Shown here piece after piece: positions 1 through 9,843 of a DNA stretch of 64,000 nt. How positions within the stretch are numbered: position 1 is the first letter of the stretch; the number at the start of each line of letters is the position of its first letter. The notes below the pieces were generated by a model. That model saw only the letters and a list, made by a program, of their open reading frames with translations, made no database searches and was not told where the DNA came from. Made by a program: the position numbers and the translations under genes. Source of the DNA: Sminthopsis crassicaudata (lineage: Eukaryota); assembly GCF_048593235.1 (NCBI RefSeq), contig NC_133620.1, positions 101,186,852-101,250,851 on the forward strand, in the 5' to 3' direction.

Positions 1-135
1 TTTTGTGTGTTACAGATCTCTTTGGCAATTTAGTAACCTACTAAGAATGAATTCATCTCAGAATGATTACAAAGGAAATACAGTTGCCAAAATGTTATCA
101 AAGCAAGTTCATGTCTCCAGGTAAAAGAATCCCAT
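1..135. mobile_element. hAT-Charlie (MER5-like) MITE fragment
   Basis: Resembles the recalled MER5/Charlie MITE consensus (tgtgtg..atctctttggca..tctcagaatgattacaaaggaaa..caagttca); truncated by the window edge. Confidence 0.5.
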
Positions 136-469
136 GTCTATCTCCTAGTCCCAAGCAAGTCTTGCTTCTCATAAGATTCCCTCCAAAATTTTTTGTGTTT
201 TCAGATTCTGATTCCAATTTTATTGCAAACATCACCTCTCACCTCTACTCCTTCTAGCTCCTCAACTTGTCTGCTTAATCTTGATTCATTCAAACCAATT
301 GTGATTTTCATTTATACACAAACTTCTGGGCTACCCTTATCCCCAACTCCTTAAACCAGGAAGGATTCAATCAGTACCATAAATCCTACTCAGTTACAGT
401 CTTTGTGATCACAGGGAGAATAATATACAACTCCAGTTAAAAATGCCAATAAAAGATGTAAAACTTTAC

Positions 470-642
470 CATAAGGAACAAACAGGATGTATGTGGGCAC
501 TAATTATTTTAGCAATGCCTCTTGTCAAGAAATCCCAGATGACAATTCGGCCATCATTACAGCCAACAGCGAGCAGTGTGCCCCATCTGTTAAAGGTACA
601 GGTCAGGGCCATACTGATGCAATCCAAAGTTCCATCAGCTTC
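470..642 (-). CDS. RBBP5: RBBP5 coding exon 3 (173 nt, WD40 region)
   Basis: Translates EADGTLDCISMALTCTFNRWGTLLAVGCNDGRIVIWDFLTRGIAKIISAHIHPVCSL, matching RBBP5 as recalled. Acceptor tag at 645-643, donor GTAAAG at 469. Downstream exons lie left of the window. Confidence 0.97.
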
Positions 643-958
643 CTAAAATACAATGCAAATATAGATAAACAGCAACAGCAAGTTACTTCAATTCCTCTGG
701 CTTCTCATTCAGTTTAAACATTTTTTTCCTGAACATAGTCACAAAAAATTTTGAGAGTTCTGACCAAAACTGTCCATCCATTTTTTTTCCCTACCACTCA
801 AGTGAAATAACTTAGCTCCCAAGGAGAGTTAAAATAAAACCATAATGATATTTGATATTTCAAAATACTGTTATTTGAATCTAAAAATGTGCTTTCTCCA
901 AAAGTTGGCATCATATAATCACTAGTAAGACAGATCAAGGAAGACATTGAAAACTTAC

Positions 959-984
959 CTCTGGGTAGTTTTGTCCAAAGGACT
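959..984 (-). CDS. RBBP5: RBBP5 coding exon 2 (26 nt)
   Basis: tttcag|AGTCCTTTGGACAAAACTACCCAGAG|gtaagt gives (E)SFGQNYPE, in phase with exons 1 and 3. Confidence 0.96.
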
Positions 985-1330
985 CTGAAACAAAGGAAAG
1001 AAAGTATGTTAACTTTTAAAATAGCAGCAACATATTTTAGAGTACTAGTGAAGGAGTACTCTCTCAGGAGGAAGTCTATTTCACTTAGTTTTAATTATTA
1101 AAAAAGTTTTTATTATACTGACCCAAAAATCTACCTCCCTATAAATCCCACCTTCTGATCTCCAAAGAATAAATCTAACCTCCCTTCTGGATGACAGTCT
1201 TTCAATCTTTGATTGATGCTACTAAGTTTTCCCAGGATTTTCTTTTCTCTAAGCCAAACATCCTTACAATTCTGCTCATATGACCATGCTTCAATCTTCC
1301 TACTCACTAATTTGTAAAGTTACTCTAAAA

Positions 1331-1539
1331 TAGTAGTTCTTAACCCTTTTGTGTATCAAGAAACCATTTAATAGTCTAAAAGTCAATGCATCCTTTCAGA
1401 GTGTTTTTAAATAACTGAAGGAATTAATAAAATTCAGTGAAAATAAAAATGTAACTTTTTCCCATCCAAGTTCAAGGAGCCCCACAATCTATTTACAGAT
1501 TCCCTGAGTATTCTCTAGGTATCAGCTTAAGAATCTTTG
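1331..1539. mobile_element. hAT-Charlie MITE with 8-bp TSD
   Basis: Degenerate terminal inverted repeats (tagtagttcttaac / cttaagaatctttg) flanked by exact ctctaaaa at 1323-1330 and 1540-1547. Confidence 0.7.
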
Positions 1540-1879
1540 CTCTAAAAGCACCCAGAGCCTAATACAGAGTCTATCCAGTACAGACTATAGCATAATTACA
1601 TATTCCTTTTTCTAGAAACTATAATATAATGCTTCAAAAGTATGCCTCCTTTTGCTAAAGTTCTGTTCTGAACTCTCAATCTGGCATAGAGGTAATCCAG
1701 CATTCTCAGTAGAGCAACAAAATCTGGTAAAACTAAGTCAGAAAAGATCCAAGGCCAGGATTGGGAATGGGCTGTTCCGTCTATTCAATAACTAATCTAA
1801 GATTTAAAAGGTTCATCATCAGAAAGCATTATAATTTTGAGCTAAGCAACTCATGAAAACTATGAAAAAATCTCAACTT

Positions 1880-2520
1880 GCACCATTGAAAGTAACATCC
1901 ACATGAATGAAATGATTCACAGAATTTTACAGCAAAAAAACCCTCAGTTGCCATCTAGTCCAATTCATGTCAGAAAAAGAACCCCCAAAGACCCAATACT
2001 CAACAAGTGGGCATCCAAACCTCTGCTTGAAGAGCCTTAAAGGGAAGTATTTACCCAACTATCTACCAAAGTAACTATACTTTTCAAGAACTCTATTTGT
2101 TAGGAAACTTCTCCTAACATCAATCCTGGATTTGCCCTTTTTGTTGGGTATTTATTTACTTCCTTTGGAGACCAATTCAGATCTTTACCAGAACTCATTG
2201 GAGAAGAGAAGATATCTTCTAGGTCATTACTTTTATCTGAATTTTAGGAATAGATGTCTTCTATCTCTCAGCCTCAAATCTCCCCCTAAAACTCTTTTAT
2301 CAAATCAATTTACATATTCCTATAGCTACTTTGCATCTCCACATTTGTATTCATCTCGGATCCAGATTCTATTTATCTACATACTACCTACTTCTTTCAT
2401 ATCTAGCAAAAGCCCTAATGATTCCATTACCATTCCAATCCTATCTCTAAATTCCAATGGAAAAAAAAAAAGGAAAATGTATTTTTGTTTCATACATTAT
2501 GTTTCTGATTTATATTGAGC
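1880..2520 (-). mobile_element. CR1/L3 LINE 3' remnant
   Basis: Reverse complement of typical L3 3' text (catccaaacctctgcttgaa; ctatttgttaggaaactt). Boundaries approximate. Confidence 0.55.
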
Positions 2521-2657
2521 TTGCAGTTAGCAAAAATCCCTATATCTTTTCCACATGAAAGCCATATCTCCATATAATTTTCTAAACTTAAACAATAATC
2601 AATCAACCATTAGGAACACAAAGCCAAAAAGAAAACGTTCCTATCTCTAAGAATTTT

Positions 2658-2802
2658 TTTTCTTTTTCTGAGGCTGAGGTTAAGTGACTTGCCCAGGGTC
2701 ACACAGCCAGGAAGTGTTAAGTGTCTGAGATCAGATTTGAACTCAGGACCTCCTGACTTCAAGGCTGGTGCTCTATCCACTGTGCCACCTGGCTGCCCCA
2801 TC
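2658..2802 (-). mobile_element. Young marsupial CORE-SINE (WSINE1-like) with 15-bp TSD
   Basis: tRNA-derived head ggggcagccaggtggcacagtggatagagc on the minus strand; TSD atctctaagaatttt at 2643-2657 and 2803-2817. Confidence 0.85.
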
Positions 2803-3399
2803 ATCTCTAAGAATTTTAAGGATTTTTTCCTAAAGGAAAACAACATGTAAATTTAAAAGTACATACAAAGTAAAGACACAGTAATGGCAGGAAATAGTTT
2901 AGAAAAAGGACTTAGTATTCTACACTTAATCCTAAAATGAAATTAAGATTTGGCCCATTGTCTTAATATCTTTTTAGATTCTGATTCTGTCATTCAACAA
3001 GCATAGATTAAAAATAAGAAAAGTATTTCTTCAATATTTTTACTCATAAAACTGATGAAAATGTTTAACAGAGAAAAAACTTAGAAATGAGTCTTTAGAA
3101 GTCCATTAAAGGCCTCCTTCGAGGTAAAACATCCATTAATTGTCATTCTTTGCACTTGAAAGCTCAACATCTAGCTGTGGATTTTTCCACTCTGAATTTT
3201 TTGATCTCCTATTTGAGGGGATCATGAGTCACCCTGTCAAATGCTTTACTGAAATCATGTGACTTTATATAATAAAATCAGAATTCAAAAATATCTTGAA
3301 ATGTCTACCATCTAAAAGACAGTTATAAGTCTATGACCTTTATGTTAAAAGTTAAAAGTCTGGCATGGCATGAATTGTTCTTGGTAAACTAAACTAAGC

Positions 3400-4085
3400 A
3401 AGATCCTCTCTGTCAACGAGCAATATTAAGTACCTGCTACTAGTCAAGCCTTGTGTTAAATACTATGGCTACAAAGAAAGGCAGGAGCCCTGTACCTGTC
3501 CTCAAGATCACGTTCTATAGGGAGACAACAGGCAAGAGATGTATGCAGATACACACAAAACATAGTGAGAGTAGATAGATGGTAGACAAGAGAGGAATGT
3601 ATTAGCAAATGGAGGGACCAGAAGATTTGAGCCTAGAAAGAAGCCAGGGAAATTAAGGAGCAGAGGTGAAGCGTTCAAGACATGGAGGACAAGCTGTAGA
3701 AAAAGGTACAAAAAGAGTGACAAAGTGATGTGTGAGAAATAGCAAGTAGACTAGTGTAGCTCATACACCCTATGACCGGAGAATAAAATGTGAGCCCGCG
3801 GGAAAGTTTAAAAAGGGCAGCTAAACAAAGGAATTCCTATCTAATCCTTGCAATAATAAGGAGAGGGGAGGGAGGAGGAGTTAGATAAGGAAAGACCTAC
3901 ACTTAAGGAAAATCACTTGAGCAGCAGAATATAAAAGGCGTGAAAGATTTGAATTGGGAAGGCCAATTAGGAGGCGGCAGTAATCATCTAGAAGAGAAGC
4001 TATAAGGTGAATGGAGAGACTTGAATAGATGTTGCAGAGATTTGGGTCAAAAAGAGAGACTGACTATGAACTGGGAAAGTCGTGA
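3400..4085 (-). mobile_element. L2 LINE remnant
   Basis: Antisense L2 3'-type text (tattaagtacctgctac...aagaaag...cctgtcctcaag). Degenerate; boundaries approximate. Confidence 0.5.
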
Positions 4086-4499
4086 TAGAATTATGAGCTG
4101 GAAGGAACTTCACAGCTCATCCTCCACATCCAACCAGTGGCCGAGCCCGTCCATTTTCCGTACATACACACCCCTTTCTCTCCTGACACAGCCATAAACT
4201 ACGGCGCAGGCCTTCGACTCTCCCTCCCGCTCTCCACTCTCCCCGCTCAGCAATCCTTATGCGCGTCCACCAGTAAAGGGATCAAACATCCTCGGGTCCC
4301 TTTCTACAGCCCTTCACCATCCGGAGCCTTCTCTCTTCCCAGCCTTCTGGTACCTTACTCTCCTCCCTTTCAGACAGGCGGCCGAGGACAAGAAGGGGAT
4401 AAGTAAGGCTACACTGACGGGGCAGTAGAATGATGAAAACGACAAGTGAACTTTGTGAAGAAAGTGGACAACTTGAAGAGAGGAAAATAACCTATTTAT

Positions 4500-6620
4500 T
4501 TAAAAGTTCCCATTAAGACCTGACTGGGGGATCCAGTGATCCCGGCCGTTCCTCCCACAATACCCTGCTCTACATTTTCATAGCTCCCGCTTTCCCCACA
4601 ATCACGCTGGGTCCGGGACGTCTCTCCCAGCCCCGTTACTGAAGCGGCTTCGTTCTGAGAGTCCCTCCGCTTTCCCCCGGAAGCACCACGTTCGTGGTCT
4701 GTGCCCCTCTCCCCCCCGTTGTTGGAGTTCCCCGACAGCATCCCCGACGGCAGGGACTCCCTTTTGCCTTTCCTGTATCCTGGTCCACAGCCCACTCCCG
4801 GGCGCTAACAGCCGCCTGCTTCGCTAACTGAGGTAGGGGCGGAGGGATTTCTCACACACGACACCCCGTCCGCCTCAAGGACGAGCCTCTCAGGCTGCCC
4901 TCGAACCACTCCGTCTTTGCCTCTCTGAGCGCGGACACTCGAAGCAGCCACAACACTCGCAGGCACAGGCTGAGTGGAGGAGGGGCGCCTTCAGAGCGCC
5001 AGACAAACCCCCAGACACACGTTGGGTTCATGCCCACCCAGCAGAGGCACAAACTCCACAGCCGCCTACAATGCGGGAGTCCGGGAAGGACTCAGCAAAT
5101 CGCCTCTTCCCGGCGGCGGCCGCTCGCCGGGGCTGAGAGCAGCCGGCCACAGACTCGGCGCCCGCCCCGAAGGGTCTGGCACTTCTCACCCAACAACTCC
5201 AGGTTCATCCCGGCGGACTATCGCGGCCAGGATCGGACTCCGCCTCCACCCACCCCGCGCTTGGGGCCGCGTCTAGGGAGCGGACGCAGCGAATGTTCAC
5301 AGACGCTGGGGACTTCACCAGCTCGAAGGACCCCGCCGCTCTTGCTCCCGCTTCCGCTTCCTGCTCCTTTCCCGGGCTGAGAAGTGGGGCTGTCTAAGGC
5401 ATTGCCTGAACCGGAAAGAAGCTCAGAGGCTTAGCGTGAGAAGGTGAATAAAAGTCTTTCAGAAGTTGCCAAGCTAAAATTCATGGCCTGTTTTTAAGAT
5501 TCCAGATATCAGGGACTGAACTAATAGAAGCGACTGAAGCAACAAGGCAAAAATCTAGACACCCAAGATGCCTTGTGAAAAAGTCCCGTGTAGCAACGTG
5601 AGTCCCCATCGCAGCAGTTCCGGACCGAAAGATGCAGGGAGAAGAGGGGAAGGATAACCGGAAAAGCTCCCGAGTGACAGACAGATGCCCGGAAATGCTG
5701 TGTGCGCGTAGCGGCCCGCCCCTCGAGTGAGAGTAAGGGGGTGTGGGCGCTCCGTTTCTGTCTCCTTTTTGCTCTCTCGCTACATTCCCGGAGCCGGAGG
5801 GCCACCTGGTCATTTCTCGGCCGAGGACCGCGTCCTTTGTCCGAGCATCGCTGCAGCGGCCGGCGCACGGTAAGGAAGTGGTCCCGGGGAGTGGAGGGTG
5901 GTCGCTGACGTGGGAGGAGAAGGGAAAGATCGTGGTCAGCTGGAGAGGAGGGGGACTCCGGCGGGGGGCGGAGAGAGCCGGGGAGGGAGGGGCCGAAAGT
6001 GCTGCCCCTGCCCCAGCAGAGACGGGCGCGGGCGAGCCTCCCTCGTCCGCGGGTGGACCAGAGCGAGGCCGGGATCTGCCGGGGCCCCGAACGTTGCCCA
6101 CCGAGCGCTCGGCTGTCAGTCCTCCCGGGAGATGGAGAATCCCCATTGGGCAGATGTGGAAACTGAGAGTCCTGAGTCCTGCGGAGCCGGGTCCCGCTCC
6201 CTGCCCTTCGCCTCATGAGCTTCGCGGGTGGCCACGAGTAAGGAAACGTGACCCCCGAGGGGCTCTCCTAGGTTCCTCGGTAAACCCGGCCGCGCTTGTC
6301 CGTCTGGAAGCACGTCGGAGCGCTCTCGTGCCGGGCAGCGGGCAGGGAGGCGGTGAGAAGAGCCCCCATCCTGCGGGGGGGGGGGGGGTGGGGGGGGAGC
6401 GGCCCCGAGCCGGCTACTTAGAGCGTGTGGAGAAGTTCTTCGGCTGAGGGGAGGCACTGCAGGGAAAAGCCAAGGGGAGCCTGACTGCGGAAGGCCGGCC
6501 TCCGACCTGGAGGCTGCGGAGGCCGCGGCTGGGAGGGGCTGGGGGAGGGGAGGCTTGGAGAAGCCTGGAGAGAGGGAAGGAGGGCGTTTCGTGGGTCTGT
6601 GAGTAGCCATCTGAATAGCG
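4500..6620. promoter_or_regulatory. CpG island / RBBP5 promoter, probably bidirectional
   Basis: Sharp rise in GC and CpG against an AT-rich background. Tandem ETS-type GGAAGCGGAAG on the minus strand at 5351-5361, further CCGGAAA motifs near 5411, 5658 and 5688, GC boxes at 5161 and ~5715. Boundaries approximate. Confidence 0.9.
5190..5208 (-). CDS. RBBP5: RBBP5 coding exon 1 (ATG, 19 coding nt)
   Basis: ccgggATGAACCTGGAGTTGTTGG|gtgaga gives MNLELL(E), the RBBP5 N-terminus, inside a CpG island. Confidence 0.96.
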
Positions 6621-7417
6621 TTTTGATGGAGGTTAGAAAAGTGTGTGTGTAAGTATACCGTTTGTAGTAGTAACCATGAAGTGCCTTTTAATGGGTAAAA
6701 GGAAATGTTTTAGGTGTCCCCTTTTACAGTAGTCAGAGGGCTAAACCAGAGAGGGAGAGCTGTAAAAAAGAGTAGGACCTCCTCATTGTGGAATACTTAG
6801 GTGAAAACATTTTCTGTGGAGAATTCTGCCTGTACAGCAAAAGTTTTCAGAACTGTGTCTTCTGTCGTCCATTTTTACAATGTCATAATAACCCAGCGCG
6901 TCTGAACTACTAACTGCTGACACTTAGGCACTACTTGATTTTAAAAGTGCTTTCTATGCATTGTGCCCTTTGATTTTCACAGGGACCCTGTAAAGCATGT
7001 GCCATTATTTTTAATTGTTTTTTCCCAGATGACTTTCTTTTCTCCTCTCTTCCCTCAGTTACAAACATATATAGTCAGGCAAGATAAATTCCTGCCTCAG
7101 TCACTTCTGAAACCGCTACGCTGCCGTCTGTACCCTGAGCCTGTCTCTTCAACCTCAGGAGCCTGCTAGCCTTTTCCTGCCTTTTTTTTGTTATTGTTGT
7201 CAGTATGTAAATTGTTCGGGTAGTTCTGCTCACTTTGTTCTGCACCAGTTAATGCAAGTCGGCCCAGGTTTCTCTGAATAATCCCCTTGAATATTTCTTC
7301 TTTAATTTTTTAAAATTCAATTTTATTCAATCTCAGATCCAAGTTTTCTCCCTCCCACTGAGAAAGCAAGGTGGGGGGAGGAACCAAACCTCAATTATAA
7401 ACAAGTATATCGTCAAG

Positions 7418-7660
7418 CAGCTAAGATAATGGATAAATCTTGCAGCTCTAGAGTCAGAGGATCTGAGTTCAAATTCCGACTCAGACACTTACTAGCTATG
7501 TGACCCCGGGCAAGTTACTTAACCCTATTTGCCTCAGTTTCTTCTTCTGTAAAATGAGCTAGAGAAGTCAGGGGCAAATTACTCCAATAACTTTGTCAAG
7601 AAGACCCCAAAACAGGTCAGCCAAAAGTGAGATACAGTTAAAATGACCTAACAACAGTAG
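7418..7660 (+). mobile_element. MAR1/MIR-family SINE inside an antisense L1 remnant (~6960-7990)
   Basis: gagtcagaggatctgagttcaaat...tgtgaccccgggcaagttacttaac...ctgtaaaatgagctagag core; the flanks carry antisense L1 3' text. Confidence 0.75.
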
Positions 7661-8189
7661 TCAAGCAAAGTAAGTTACTGGATACCAAAACAAGACAAAA
7701 CAAAGACAAAGTTTCTCACCTATCTGGATGTGAATAGTATGTTTCATCAAGAGTCCTCTGGAATTGTGGTTGGTCATCATCCCGTTGATCAGAGTTTACA
7801 AATCTTTTTAAAGATGTTTTTACAGTATTGTTAAATAAATTGCTCCCTAGGTTCTGTTTATTTTACTCTGAATCAATTCTTCTGAGATTTCTCTAAAACT
7901 ATCCCTTTGATCATCTGTTACAGCACAATAGTATTTAGTCATATTCATACACTTTAATTTGTTCCATCATTTCCTAGTAGATGGGCTTCAAACCTAGGTC
8001 CTAAATCCAAGACCGGTATGGCTTCCAAATACTAGAGACAATGGGTACTTGGGTCAAACCTTCAGTAAATACTTACTGATTGGGGACCTGATAGTTTGTC
8101 ACATAGATATTTTGGTCACTGCATCTGGGGTCACTATACCTCATGATTCTGAAACAACTTATAAATATCACTAATCTGCTATCCATTAT

Positions 8190-9340
8190 CTTTGAAAATT
8201 GATAGGAAAAGGCGTGGGTGCCAAAAGAAGAGAAATAAGCAGAATGTTCGAAATCAGGAAGATTGGGAGGTTAACATTAATTCTGCATAAATTTTTAGAA
8301 CAGATTGTTAAAAGAATGATTTGTGATCACTTAGAAATGGAAAAAGTGATCATAAGAGTGAACATGAATTGACTTAAGAACAAGTTGTACCAGACTATCT
8401 AGTTTTCCATTTTTGGACATGGAATGTGATAGACATCATGAACCCATCATGACTAAGTTTCTTATTTCCTTATGGACAAGATATGGACTTGGGTTCAGAA
8501 CTGCTTAAATACCCAAAGAGAGTTGATTAATGGATCCTTGCCAACATAGAGGGAAGCCTCCCAGCAATCAGGGATCTCTCATTGTTCCATTCTGCTCAAC
8601 ATTTTTATTTGTGATTTAAGATGAATGTCTAGATGGCATATTTAACAAATTTGTGCAGCATAAAGCAGATATACTAATACACTGAATGGTAAGTTTGGAA
8701 TCCCAAAAGATTTCAGTATTCAGGAACAATGGGTTTTAGTTAACAAAATCACATTTAATAGAGATGATTGTAAAAATGTGCATGAGGAAAAAAAAAAAAA
8801 AAAAAAAAAGGATAATAGAGATGTGCAACTAGAATGCCTGTTGTGAAAAAGCTTTTGGGATTCTAAGAAATGACAACCACAGTGGGATATAGCAGCCCAA
8901 CAAGCAAGATGATCATCCTACCACAATCACATTGGTCGGACCTCTTCTAGAATATTGAGTTCAGTTTTAGGCACCATATTTTCAGAAGGGACNNNNNNNN
9001 NNNNNNNNNNNNNNNNNNNNNNNNNNNNNNNNNNNNNNNNNNNNNNNNNNNNNNNNNNNNNNNNNNNNNNNNNNNNNNNNNNNNNNNNNNNNNNNNNNNN
9101 NNNNNNNNNNNNNNNNNNNNNNNNNNNNNNNNNNNNNNNNNNNNNNNNNNNNNNNNNNNNNNNNGATCTTGAAATTATTCCACATGAGGATTGACTGGGG
9201 GTGCTTAGCCAGGAAAAGAGAAGAGTAAACATGAAACCTGTTTGAAGGGATTAGATTTGTGATCTTGAACAAATCCTTTAACCTCAGTTTCTTCAATTAT
9301 AAAATAAGGGGATTAGATGATGGATATGGTCTCTCCCAGT
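8190..9340 (+). mobile_element. CR1/L3 ORF2 (reverse transcriptase region) remnant, interrupted by an assembly gap
   Basis: Decayed CR1-type RT and C-terminal text (ctgctcaacatttttatt..gatggcatatttaacaaatttg..tttaatagagatgattgtaaaaat). Multiple frameshifts. Confidence 0.65.
8993..9164. other. Assembly gap (172 N)
   Basis: Run of N. Confidence 0.99.
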
Positions 9341-9789
9341 TTTAAATTTTAACTCTATGATTTTTTAGATTAACCAAGGAATATAGGGCTAAGAGCAATT
9401 GATGAAAGTTACAAGAAAACAGGTTTCAGAATCTAAATATAAAGCAAAATATCCTTAAAATTAGAAATTTTTCCATTTGTTTTTGAAGTTATTTCCCCTA
9501 GTAGTAGAAAATATCACTAAAGCTAATATAATTAGCTCATATCAAAGTTTACAAAGTGCTTTCTCCCCAAGGAAATACTAAAGAGGGGAAAGAGACCTGT
9601 ATGTACCAAAATGTTTGTGGCAGCTCTTTTTGTTGTAGCTAGAAACTAGAAAATGAATGGGTGTCCATCAATTGGAGAGTGGAGAATTGGAGAAAACTAT
9701 ATATAAAGAGCTGAATGTCTTTCTCTATATATATGTATGTGTGTGTGTAAACTTCAAAGCACTATCTATATAGTTGAATGTCTCTTTCC

Positions 9790-9792
<3 letters not shown>

Positions 9793-9838
<46 letters not shown>
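9793..9838. repeat. (TG)23 microsatellite
   Basis: Direct reading. Confidence 0.95.

Positions 9839-9843
<5 letters not shown>

Noticed and set aside
1738-1819. Box C (ATGATGA) and box D (CTGA) 82 nt apart on the minus strand in RBBP5 intron 1
   Set aside because: No terminal stem, no recognisable rRNA/snRNA guide, and far from the branch point.
6140-6170. MENPHWADVETESPE reading near 6132
   Set aside because: cccattgggcagatgtggaaactgag resembles the MIR core (cccattttacagatgaggaaactgag); the frame closes at 6218.
5481-6610. Long overlapping ORFs in the CpG island (234 aa +, 221/231/164 aa -)
   Set aside because: Stop-poor GC-rich sequence with GTG/TTG starts, low-complexity G/P/R/A products and no recognisable domain. 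Only 5794-5869 is used, as a spliced exon in the candidate model.
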